From assembly GCF_006345805.1 (NCBI RefSeq), contig NC_043025.1, positions 5,270,001 to 5,334,000 of the forward strand: a DNA stretch of 64,000 nucleotides. Reading direction: 5' to 3'. This document shows positions 51,560-62,479 of this stretch, piece by piece (within the stretch, counting starts at the first letter, position 1; every line of letters begins with the position of its first letter). The notes beneath the pieces are model-generated. The model was not told the origin of the DNA, made no database searches, and worked only from the letters and a program-made list of their open reading frames with translations. The DNA comes from Octopus sinensis. Taxonomy: Eukaryota. A program made the translations under genes and the position numbers.

Positions 51560-51850
51560 ACCACCATCACCACCGCAACCATCACCATCATCGCCGTTGA
51601 CACCCCCACCCCCACCTACACCCCCGCCCCACCCCACACCATCGACGCAGCCACCACCACCACTGCAAACCGTCACCATCATCGCCGTTAACCCACCCCC
51701 ACCTACACCCTCGCGCCACCCCACACCATCGACGCAGCCACCACCACCACTGCAAACCATCACCATCATCGCCGTTAACCCACCCCCACCTACACCGCCG
51801 CTCCACCCCACACCATCATCACCGCAGCCACCACCACCACTACTAACCCG
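51560..51850. repeat. About 3 copies of an ~88-bp C/A-rich unit
   Basis: TCGCCGTT anchors at 51591, 51682 and 51769. Confidence 0.75.
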
Positions 51851-51988
51851 TCTACACCACCACCACAACATCACACTGCGCCACCATTTTTCAGCCAGAT
51901 GCAAGCAATTCGAAAATGCATTCATTCTCTTCAGAATCTCTTCAAATCATTGAGTTTCAATTCTCCTTTTGTGACATAACACTACACT

Positions 51989-52027
<39 letters not shown>

Positions 52028-52256
52028 TATACACTCTCACACATGCCAGCACGCACACATGCATACACTTGACCTCGTTAAAAATAGAAATTACAAGAAG
52101 AAGAGTTGAAATAAATTCAGGTCACTATGCTCCTAATAATAATAATAAAATAATAATAATAATAACAATTTTGCCTACTCTAGGTAAGGCCACGTACTTC
52201 AAAAGGGAGGACAAGCCAATTGCATCAACCCCCAGTGCAAAACGAGTACTACTGAA

Positions 52257-52890
52257 GCGGCGAGCTGGCAGAAACGTTAGCACGCTGGGCAAAATGCTTA
52301 GCGGTATTTCGTCTGCGTTACGTTGTGAGTTCAAATTCCGGCGATCTCAACTTTGCCTTTCATCCTTTCGGGGTCAATAAATTAAGCACCAGTTACGCAC
52401 TAGAGTCGATGTAATCGACTTAATACCTATGTCTGTCCTTGTTTGTCCCCTCTGTGTTTAGCCCCTTGTGGGTAGTAAAGAAATAGGTATTTCGTCTGCC
52501 GTTACGTTCTGAGTTCAAATTCCGGCGAGGTCGACTTTGCCTTTCATCCTTTCGGGGTCGATAAATTAAGTACCAGTTACGCACTGCAGTCGATGTAATC
52601 GACTTAATACCTATGTGTGTCCTTGTTTGTCCCCTCTATGTTTAGCCTCTTGTGGGTAGTAAAGAAATAGATAAATTAAGTACCAGTTTCGCACTGGGAT
52701 CGATGTAATCGACTTAATACCTATGTCTGTCCTTGTTTGTCCCCTCTATGTTTAGCCCCTTGTGGGTAGTAAAGAAATAGATAAATTAAGTACCAGTTAC
52801 GCACTGGGGGTCGATGTAATCAACTTAATACTTATGTCTGTCCTTGTTTGTCCCCTCTATGTTTAGCCCCTTGTGGGCAGTAAAGAAATA
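52257..52890 (+). mobile_element. SINE family B multimer (4 tail units)
   Basis: Two junction types, restarting at GGTATTTCG and at GATAAATTAAG. Confidence 0.9.
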
Positions 52891-53517
52891 GGTGCTACTG
52901 AACCCAAAAGGACGACAAGCAAAGCCGACATTGGCAGCATTTGAACTCATTTCATAGCAATCTTCCATCGGCTTCAGTCATTTGCCTACGATCATGCTGG
53001 GGCAACGTCTTGGAAGGTTTCAGTCCATAAGATCAACCCAAGGATTTTTTCTTTTTAAAAACCTGGTTCTTAATTCTCCTGGTTACTTTTACCGGACCGC
53101 TAGGTTACAGGACATAAACACACCAACACCAATGTTGGTGTGTTTTATATACATATATATATATATATAATATATAATATATATATATGTATATTAATTA
53201 ATATATATATTAGTTATCGCCATACTAATATGGCATTCTTATAAAAATAAGAATAAAGCTGTCCGCTTATTAGCTCCATGAGGCCATCGCCTTAAGTTAG
53301 CTATTTGATACACAAACTGTATCCATATAACCTTTGAACAAGGGAGGTCAGTCGCCCCACACTACTATGTGTGTGTGTGTGTAGATATATATATGTGTGT
53401 GTGTATATATATATATATAGTTAATCCAAACATGAAAGCACAAAAAAACACAACAACGTGAGGACGTGGAACAAATATAGTATTATTGGATGCTCAGGAA
53501 AGAAGGAAAGAAGGAGG

Positions 53518-53552
53518 GTTTAACGTTTCGAGTGGAGCTCTTCGTCGGAAAC
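53518..53552 (-). ncRNA. Variant minimal hammerhead-like motif (core CCGACGA)
   Basis: Same as 28118-28152 with one helix II mismatch. Confidence 0.35.
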
Positions 53553-54613
53553 ATAGGAGAAGGGAAGACAGAGGAAATAAAATTGCCAACAGTACACACG
53601 CAGTCAAATTTTGAATATATATATATACACACACACACCACACACACACATATATATATATATATATACACACATATATATATATATATATACATAGACA
53701 CACACATACAGATATATATAGAAGGGCTTTTTTCAGTTTCCGCTTATCAGATCGACTCTTAGGTCAAACCAAGTTTATAATAGAAGACACTTGTCTAAGG
53801 TGCCACACGGTGGGACTGAACCCGGAACCATGTGGTTGGGAAGCAAGATTCTTATCATACAGTCACACATGCACCTATACATAATAATAATAATGGTTTC
53901 AAATTTGGTCACAGGTCCAGGAGGTTTTGAAGCGAGGGGGCAGGTTGATTATATCGGGCCCCAGTATTTCACTGGTACTTCTTTTATCGACTCCAAAAGG
54001 ATAATCATTCTTTGAACTATAGGCACAAGGCCTCTGATGGTGACAACGATGATGATGATGATTATAAAAGTGTGATCATGATGATGATGATGATCAAAGT
54101 GATGAGGATTATGATGTTGCTAATAGAGACGACAATGATGATGACAGTGATGATGATGATGCCCAACACTGAAGATGTCGACAACAATAACGACGACGCA
54201 AAATGCCCACCAGGTTCCGACGAGGGCTGCATCCACGAGTGAGAGCTCCAGCTGGGCAAGACATATCCCCCCACCCACCTGCCCTACCCCACCCACGGAG
54301 AGCCATCCCAGTGCTCATGTGCTGCTGCCGTATTACTCACATCCAGTGCCAGAATAGGTAATCATTACACAGCAGAAGTGGTTTGAGATTGAAATCAGAA
54401 AGAAACCACAAGTGGCCTTCCTGTTGTAAAGTATTCAGAGGAGTGCTAGTTGCTGACTGGGCTGGCAGAGGTCAAAGCCGCAGGTCATGAACACTGATAA
54501 GTGGACGGACGGACAGACAGACAGACAGGCAAAGAAAGAAAAAAAAAATGGCTAAGTCATGGAGAGGTTTACTTTGCAAGCCATGTGTTTTGGGGTGAGC
54601 AATTCCATTATGT

Positions 54614-54906
54614 GGAGGCGCAATGGCCCAGTGGTTAGGGCAGCGGACTCGCGGTCGTAAGATCGTGGTTTCAATTCCCAGACCGGGCGTTGTGAGTGTT
54701 TATTGAGCGTAAACACCTAAAAGCTCCATGAGGCTCCGGCAGGGGATGGTGGCAATTCCTGCTGTACTCTTTCCCCACAACTTTCTCTCACTCTTTCCTC
54801 TGTTGGCCTGCTCGCTTAGCCAGTGGGGTGGCGTCATTTGAAGGCTAAAACAATGCGAAGCGCATTGTGACCAGCGATGTGTAGCAACATCTGATAGCCT
54901 GGTCGA
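54614..54906 (+). mobile_element. SINE family C, tail type 2
   Basis: Matches 28269-28547. Confidence 0.85.
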
Positions 54907-54964
54907 AAAAGGAAAAAAGGAAAACGAATTCCATAATACAGCTCACCTTCAATAGTTCACCCCC

Positions 54965-55001
<37 letters not shown>

Positions 55002-55092
55002 ATATAATATTAATTGAGACAAAAACCACTATTTTGTAAATCAACAAGAAAGACTTAATCAATACATAAAAAAATTTAATATAAAGTAAATA

Positions 55093-55144
55093 AATCGCCA
55101 CTACAATTGTTTCCTGTCTTCAAATGACATTCATCAGGTGGATT
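55093..55144 (-). ncRNA. Type I hammerhead ribozyme motif, canonical core, on the cut sense strand
   Basis: Reverse complement is AATCCAC-CTGATGA-ATGTC-ATTTGAA-GACAG-GAAA-CAATTG-TA/GTGGCGATT; palindromic helix III ACAATTGT; A.G mismatch at the base of helix II. Confidence 0.6.
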
Positions 55145-55166
55145 TCATATCATACACAATAACATA

Positions 55167-55205
<39 letters not shown>

Positions 55206-56433
55206 TCTGTTGTTGAATAAGGAGACAACACACAACTCGGAGAGGAACTTTCCAAGTGCAATCCCATGGTCATTCATGTCCGAAGGGAGTCTTTACACTT
55301 TTTTATATCCAACAGAGTAACCTGAATGCTAAGGAGTTGAAACTCCCTTCACAATTATTCTGAGAACATTTTCTTTAATTATAAGAACATTTGTCTTAAA
55401 GTATATTCCAAACACTAGCTGGATTATGTTGAAGTTAATCCCTTTATTAAATGCTGTCAAATTCATTTAAACATACACCAGGTTTCATATGAAATATGGC
55501 CAGTTACAAAATAGGTTGCGGCAGTTTTTTCTTATGAGAGTAACAGGGATCTAGAGAATGGGGAGAGAAAGTTGTGAAGTGTAGAAAAGGGGGAATACAT
55601 ACATACATACATACATACACACACACAGGCGTATGTACGTACATACATACATGCATGCATGCATGCATACATACGTGTATACATACACACATACGTACGT
55701 ACATATATATGACGAACTAACTGTTACTTTCTCAGATGCAGCACGGATTTTTGTCAGTGAACGGGTTGAGGATTTTAGCGACGAAAATATTTTGACAAAT
55801 TAAACTTAAATGCTGCAATTGTGTTCATTCCAGCACACGATCTCAGATCAGGTCACTTGCTATGCAAGTACATCTCCATAACAAATTGTAAGGTTTAATA
55901 CAAATTACAATGACTTTAGATTTCTTAACCCTTTGGCATTCAGATTAATTAGTCAAATGTAATTCTTATTTATTTACATTGTTTTTAATTAATCATCATT
56001 GTCGTCGCCGTCGTTGTTACCGTCATTTAGCAATTGTTGACCGTGCTGGCATGGGTTGGACAGTTTGACCAGGGATGGTAAGCTGAGGGGCTGCAACAGA
56101 CTCCAGTCTGTTGTGGCACGGATTCTATGGCTGGATGCCCTTCCTAATGCCAACCACTCTGAGTGTAATGGGTGCTTTTACGTGCAGCCAGGATGGGTGC
56201 CAGTTGTGTGACGCTAGTATTTGCAACGACTACAATTTCTCTTGGTTTGATGGGTCTTCTCAAACACGGCATAGTGTCAAAGGTCTCGGTCATCGGTAAT
56301 TTGTTAAACTTAAATAAAATCATGGAAAGAAAAAAAAACCATTCAATAGAGAGCCCTACATGTGTGTTTGAATAACTCAGGTTGTAACTTTATGAAAATC
56401 CATCTTTAACACCTGATGTTAGTCAGAGTGTAT

Positions 56434-56655
56434 ACTCTTTACTCTTTTTACTCTTTTACTTGTTTCAGTCATTTGACTGCAGCCATGCTGGAGCACCACC
56501 TTTAGTCGAACAAATCGACTCTGGGACATATTCTTTGTAAGCCTAGTACTTATTCTATCGCTATCTTTTGCCGAACCGCTAAGTGACAGCGACGTAAACA
56601 CACCAGCATCGGTTGTCAAGCAATGCTAGGGGGACAAACACAGACACACAAACAT

Positions 56656-56686
<31 letters not shown>

Positions 56687-57026
56687 CATATACATATATA
56701 CGACGGGCTTCTTTCAGTTTCCGTCTACCAAATCCACTCACAAGGCTTTGGTCGGCCCGAGGCTATAGTAGAAGACACTTGCCCAAGGTGCCCGGTACCA
56801 TGTGGTTAGTAAACAAGCTACTTACCACACAGCCACTCCTGCACCTATATATATAGTTATATACGACAGGCTTCTTTCAGTTTCCGTCTACCAAATCCAC
56901 TCACAAGGCTTTGGTCGGCCCGAGGCTATAGTAGAAGACACTTGCCCATGGTGCCATGCAGTGGGACTGAACCCAGAACCATGTGGTTGGTAAGCAAGCA
57001 ACTTACCACACAGCCACTCCTGCACC
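56434..57026 (-). mobile_element. SINE family A with duplicated head
   Basis: The head is present twice. Confidence 0.9.
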
Positions 57027-57204
57027 TACTATGATGGCAAAAAATATGAAAAATTCGAGCCTCTACTGAATTTCATCTTTACATTTACTATAATACCTCT
57101 CTTCATAATATATCTCTGAAATTTACAAGTCATGCTGAAGGTTCCTAAAAATGATGAAACAGTCCTGTACACTAATGAGCCAAGCTTGCCAACTTCAATT
57201 CAGT

Positions 57205-57441
57205 ATTCATGTCTATCCACACCTATGGCCGTGAACGTTGGGCAATGATGGCAAAAGTAATACGATCATGAATACAGGAGTGGCTGTGTGGTAAGTAGCT
57301 TGCTAACCAACCACATGGTTCCGGGTTCAGTCCCACTGCGTGGCATCTTCGGCAAGTGTCTTCTGCTATAGCCCCGGGCCGACCAACGCCTTGTGAGTGG
57401 ATTTGGTAGACGGAAACTGAAAGAAGCCTGTCATATATATG

Positions 57442-57472
<31 letters not shown>

Positions 57473-57900
57473 TTGTGTGTCCGTGTTTGTCCCCCTAGCA
57501 TTGCTTGACAACCAATGCTGGCGTGTTTATGTCCCCGTCACTTAGCGGTTCGGCAAAAAGAGACCGATAGAATAAGTACTGGGCTTACAAAAAGAATAGC
57601 TCCCGGGGTCGAGTTGCTCGACTAAAGGCGGTGCTCCAGCATGGCCGCAGTCAAATGACTGAAACAAGTAAAAGAGAGTAAAAGAGAGTAAAGAGGAGGT
57701 TGAAACGGGGTCCCACTGAAGGAGCTCTGGAGCAATGTTACGATGACAGGGTGCACAGCTTGGAGAACAAGGAATCTCTCTGCATTGCCTGGTCACAGCT
57801 CGTGTGCTATGGACACGTGATTAGAATGCCACAATAAAGAATGGCAAGACAGAATCATCAAGCTGAGCCTACCAGCAGAGACATCTAGTGAGAGACCGAG
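57205..57900 (+). pseudogene. Decayed RTE-like LINE ORF C-terminus, interrupted by a SINE-A copy
   Basis: TYGRERWA before the SINE and DRVHSLE...CYGHVIRM after it resemble RTE motifs TYGSETW and RWYGHVxRM. Confidence 0.6.
57275..57692 (+). mobile_element. SINE family A inserted in an RTE remnant
   Basis: Full-length; inverted relative to 56434-57026. Confidence 0.9.
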
Positions 57901-58086
57901 AAGAAGATCATCACCATCATTATCATCGTTTAACATCCGTTTTCCGCGCTAGCATGGGTTGAACGCTTCGACCGGGGTCTGGGAAGCCAGGGACTGCACC
58001 AGGCTCCAGTCTGATCTGGCAGTGTTTCTACAGCTGGATGCCCTTCCTAACGCCAACCACTCCGCGAGTGTAGTAAACAAATGCTT

Positions 58087-58159
58087 CGCCTGCAGGGGGA
58101 CATGAACCCACGACCCTCAGTTTAAAAGTCTGATGCTCTACCGACTGAGCTATGCGGGC
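58087..58159 (-). tRNA. tRNA-Lys(UUU)-like gene or pseudogene, copy 1
   Basis: Reverse complement is GCCCGCATAGCTCAGTCGGTAGAGCATCAGACTTTTAAACTGAGGGTCGTGGGTTCATGTCCCCCTGCAGGCG, 73 nt, anticodon TTT. It has mismatches in the acceptor, anticodon and T stems, T at position 58, and no encoded CCA. Confidence 0.75.
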
Positions 58160-58360
58160 AAAATGGGTAGTAGATATCCATAATTTTAGTTGGTCATTGT
58201 TAGGAATGCAGTGTTTTCTGTGCTAGCATGGGTTGGACGCTTCGACCGGGGTCTGGGAAGCCAGGGACTGCACCAGGCTCCAGTCTGATCTGGCAGTGTT
58301 TCTACAGCTGGATGCCCTTCCTAACGCCAACCACTCCGCGAGTGTAGTAAACAAATGCTT

Positions 58361-58433
58361 CGCCCGCAGGGGGACATGAACCCACGACCCTCAGATTAAA
58401 AGTCTGATGCTCTACCGACTGAGCTATGTGGGC
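58361..58433 (-). tRNA. tRNA-Lys(UUU)-like gene or pseudogene, copy 2
   Basis: Same as copy 1, 274 bp away. The anticodon stem is intact (TCAGA/TCTGA), with one acceptor-stem mismatch and the same T-arm defects. Confidence 0.75.
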
Positions 58434-58727
58434 AAGATGGGTAGTAGATATCCATAATTTTAGTTGGTCATGGTTAGGAAAGTCTAATGGCTGGAAAGTT
58501 TAATGACGGCTGCATCGGATGAGATCCTATGGATGTGGTACCTGAAGATGTCACCCCAGTAGAAAGATGGATGGGTTAAGAAACATTGTGGAAGGGAGCA
58601 AAACTGTCACTAATTCATATGGCACGGAGAGCAAGGGGACTTAGCATTTCTCAGTTTGTGTATATACTTATATGGGTGTGTGTACACATGTGTGTGTGTG
58701 TGTGTATACTTATATTTATAAATTTAA

Positions 58728-59047
58728 GGCGGCGAGCTGGTAGAAACGTTAGCACGCCGGGCGAAATTCATAGCCGTATTTCGTCTGTCGTTACGTTCCG
58801 AGTTCAAATTCCGCCGAGGTCGACTTTGCCTTTCATCCTTTCGGGGTCGATAAATTAAGTACCAGTTACGCACTGGAGTCGATGTAGTCGACTTAATCCC
58901 TTTGTCTGTCCTTGTTTGTCCCCTCTGTGTTTAGCCCCTTGTGGGTAGTAAAGAAATATATATTAAATGATGATGCCTGATGAAATGAACTCGCCGTAAA
59001 TTGTTTGTCCCCTCTGTGTTTAGCCCCTTGTGGGTAGTAAAGAAATA
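58728..59047 (+). mobile_element. SINE family B with a short extra tail
   Basis: Match to family. Confidence 0.88.
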
Positions 59048-59341
59048 TATATTTATAAATTCCATCAAAGGATTATTGTTACATATATACCTGGAACTCT
59101 TCTTTGCACTGCAGAACGAAGACATAACACGATGTAGGTAAAGACATTTGAGAAATTTGAAAAGTTAACATGAAACCGGTAATTTCTTCAAAAACTATGT
59201 TACTGTATGAAAAAATTTTTAACATTTTTCTAATATAACGACTTAAGTATATATTCTTTAACCTTATAAAACAAGCCTTCTGTAGTTTTTTCACTCTTTT
59301 CTATTTATCCAACCACGTGCTTTCACACACCAGCTTTCTCA

Positions 59342-59376
<35 letters not shown>

Positions 59377-59593
59377 TTTATTTAAAGCAGCAAAAAATTT
59401 AACAAAACCTGTTACTCTGAGTTTTCCGTTGCCGTTCATCGGACACTTTTTCTAGCAAAAGAAGCCTCTTCTAGCAAAAACTGTCCGATGAACGGCAACG
59501 GGAAATAAAGCATATTACTCTACCACTGGTATTTGAGTACTCTTTTTTCCAACTTGTTTCACATTTATGTGTTTACTACCTACTTGTACTCCG

Positions 59594-59636
<43 letters not shown>

Positions 59637-60002
59637 TACACACACATATATATATATATCGAGTGAGTGTGTTGAGTAGTGTTGATCTGAGACAAAAACG
59701 GAGCAAACACACACACACACACACACATACATACATACACACACACATATCAGGAGTGAGTGTTTAGTAGTGTTGAGACAAAAACAGAGAGCAAACATAA
59801 ACACACATATATATATGCACACAAACAAGCACACATATATATATATGCACACACACACACACACACACACCACACACACGTATATATGCATGCACACACA
59901 CACACACACCTATATGCACATACATAGAAGTGTGTGTGTGTTTTAGAGTGTCAATGTATATGGATGTTGTTATTGATCAGCACCAGGTCTGTTCTGTTCA
60001 AG

Positions 60003-60111
60003 CAGGCTTATGTCATAAGTAATCCAACCATGACCACCCTATAAGATTACACTTCCTCTCCCAGGATAGTCAGATGTCATTTGAGAGATTTAACTGTGAT
60101 TTCTAGCAATG
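60003..60111. repeat. 109-bp perfect direct repeat, copy 1
   Basis: Identical to 61062-61170. Confidence 0.9.
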
Positions 60112-60157
60112 AAAATGACAGCTTTATGTATGTGTGTGTCGATGTGTGCTTGTGTAG

Positions 60158-60191
<34 letters not shown>

Positions 60192-60237
60192 TGTGTCAGT
60201 AAAGATACGTAGGTGTGAGTATGTGATTAGCAGAAAC

Positions 60238-60461
60238 GAGCTGGCAAAATCGTTAGCACACCGGGCGAAATGCTTAGCCATATTTCGTCTGCCGTTACAT
60301 TCTGAGTTCAAATTCCACCGAGGTCGACTTTGCCTTTCATCCTTTCGGGGTAGATAAATAAAGTACCAGTTTCGCACTGGTGTCTATGTAATCGACTTAA
60401 TCCCTTTGTCTGTCCTTGTTTGTCCCCTCTGTGTTTAGCCCCTTGTGGGAAGTAAAGAAAT
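60238..60461 (+). mobile_element. SINE family B
   Basis: Match to family; lies about 400 nt 3' of exon 2 in transcript sense. Confidence 0.88.
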
Positions 60462-60669
60462 ATATGTGTGTGTGTGTGTGTGTGTGTAGCTGTGAGCATG
60501 GGTACGTGTGTGATGTGTGTGCATAGTTGTGAGCATGGGATGTGTGTGTATGCGTATGTAGCCGTGAGCATGTATGTGTGAGTGTGTAGCTATGAGCATA
60601 TGTACATGTGTGTGAGTGTGAAGCTATATATGTACGTGTGTGTGTGGGGGGGGATGTAACAATGCGCAG

Positions 60670-60707
<38 letters not shown>

Positions 60708-60854
60708 AAGCATATGCACAGTTGTGTGTGTTTGTGCAGGCATACATGTGTACGTAGATACATCCGAGCGCATGTAAGAAGGACACTGATAGCAATTGTG
60801 TGTGACACGAGAAAACAATTGGTGTTTTTGGAATGCAAAAAAAGCGGCCCCTAC

Positions 60855-60965
60855 CTCCGGAGTGTTTTTCTTGAAGTCCCGACTTTGTTCAACTAATCTT
60901 CGGCGAGATATATCACTTTCATCTTGTCTGTTTGCAAGGTCCGTGGCGGTCGTGTCAAGATGTTT
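60855..60965 (-). CDS. CUX1: Internal coding exon (exon 2 equivalent) of cut-like homeobox / CASP, N-terminal coiled coil: [37 protein letters not shown]
   Basis: The translation closely matches recalled human CUX1/CASP exon 2 ([37 protein letters not shown], 37 aa). Minus-strand acceptor is tttttgcag|AAA and donor is GAG|gtaggg. Length 111 nt, phase 0/0. Confidence 0.92.
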
Positions 60966-61061
60966 CTGCAAAAATTACAAAAATGGCATTCATATTAACA
61001 ACAACAACAAAAAGACCAGCAGCAGCATCAACAGCAACAACAACAACAACAACAACCATTT

Positions 61062-61170
61062 CAGGCTTATGTCATAAGTAATCCAACCATGACCACCCTA
61101 TAAGATTACACTTCCTCTCCCAGGATAGTCAGATGTCATTTGAGAGATTTAACTGTGATTTCTAGCAATG
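61062..61170. repeat. 109-bp perfect direct repeat, copy 2
   Basis: Identical to 60003-60111. Confidence 0.9.
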
Positions 61171-61224
61171 TTGTCTTCTGTCTCCTTTCCGTAGTCAAAT
61201 AAGCTTTCGTTCATTTGAGGAGTG

Positions 61225-61840
61225 GGGTAAGTTGATTACATCAACCCCAGTACTCAACTGGTACTTAATTCATCAACGCCAAAAGGATGAAAGGCAAATT
61301 TGTCTTCAGTGGAATTTGAACTCAGAATACAAAGATGGACGAATGCAGCTAAGCATTTTGCCCAGCGTGCTAACAATTCTGCCAGCTCACTGCCTAGATA
61401 ATAATAATATTCAATTCTTTATTGCCCACAAGGGGCTAAACATACAAGGGACAAACAAGGACAAAGGGACTAAATCGATTACATCGACCCTAGTACGTAA
61501 CTGGTACTTATTTAACCCTTTCGTTACCAACCCGGCTGAAACCGGCTCTGGCTCTGTAGTACAAATGTCTTGTTTTCATAAGTTTTGAATGAAAATCTTC
61601 CACCAAACCTTAGTCACAATTTATGTTCCTAACACTAGCTTAAGGATAACTAAGTCATTTTACTAAATTCTTTGTTATATTTAAAATAATTGAAAGAAAC
61701 ACAGAACATCTCATATTAAATACAGTAACGAAAGGGTTAATCGACCCCGAAAGGATGAAAGGCAAAGTCGACCTCAGCAGAATTTGAACTCAGAACGTAG
61801 CGGCAGACGAAATACTGCTAAGCATTGCACCCGGCGTACT
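61225..61840 (-). mobile_element. Two SINE-B copies (61225-61392 decayed; 61418-61840 split by a MITE)
   Basis: Match to family; opposite orientation to 60238-60461. Confidence 0.85.
61516..61736. mobile_element. piggyBac-type MITE inserted in a SINE-B copy
   Basis: TTAA TSDs at 61512-61515 and 61737-61740; perfect 12-bp TIR CCCTTTCGTTAC. The SINE sequence resumes across it. Confidence 0.92.
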
Positions 61841-61843
61841 AAT

Positions 61844-62432
61844 AACAAGAGCACTCAGAGAGCGCATACCTCTGCCAAGGTAACACCAATGTCCTCTCAA
61901 TGATTAGTCAGAGATGATCTTTAAAATGAGAATATCTAATATAAACTCGATTGCTCTCACAAACGAGAATACTAAAAATGAACCTGACTGCTTTCAGAAA
62001 TTAAGTTAAAAAAACAGGAAAAATAATCCAGAATCCTTATCTGGAACTGGATTGATCCCAAACTCTAATCAGTTTGTGCCAGTCACGAGGCCAAACATCC
62101 CTGACAGTTTCATCCGAATCCATCCAGTGGTTCTTGAGATATCTTGTCCATGGACAAACAAACAAAGAAACAAACTTCACTGAAAACAATACCTCTGCCT
62201 TCTTGCTAAGGCAGAGGTAACAAGAGTAGTCAGAGAGCACAAACCTCTGCCAAGACAACACCAATGTCCTCTCAGTGATTAGCCAGAGATGATCTTTAAA
62301 ATGAGAATATCTGAAATAAACTCGACTGATCTCACAAATGAGAATACTAAAAGTGAACCTGACCGCTCACAAAAATTAAGTAAAAATACAGAAAAATAAT
62401 CCAGAATCCTTGCCTGGTACCTGATTGATCCC
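61844..62432. mobile_element. Helentron/Helitron-type non-autonomous element, 1.6 head-to-tail copies
   Basis: Unit of about 375 bp with a subterminal perfect 10-bp hairpin CCTCTGCCTT-CTTGCT-AAGGCAGAGG (62192-62217). The second unit starts at about 62219. Confidence 0.65.
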
Positions 62433-62479
62433 AGTGGTAGTCATGGAATGTGAAGGTGGGTGTGTGGGCCATGTTTGTA

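Larger units (their letters stand above)
57939..58480. repeat. Tandem duplication, 274-bp period (SINE tail fragment + tRNA-Lys + flank)
   Basis: 57939-58206 is nearly identical to 58213-58480. Confidence 0.9.

Noticed and set aside
54345-54485. + strand PVP...EIE...AEVK words faintly like a later CASP exon; also a minus-strand GTGAGT donor
   Set aside because: The words are on the wrong strand with stops and frameshifts. The minus-strand frames show no CUX similarity.
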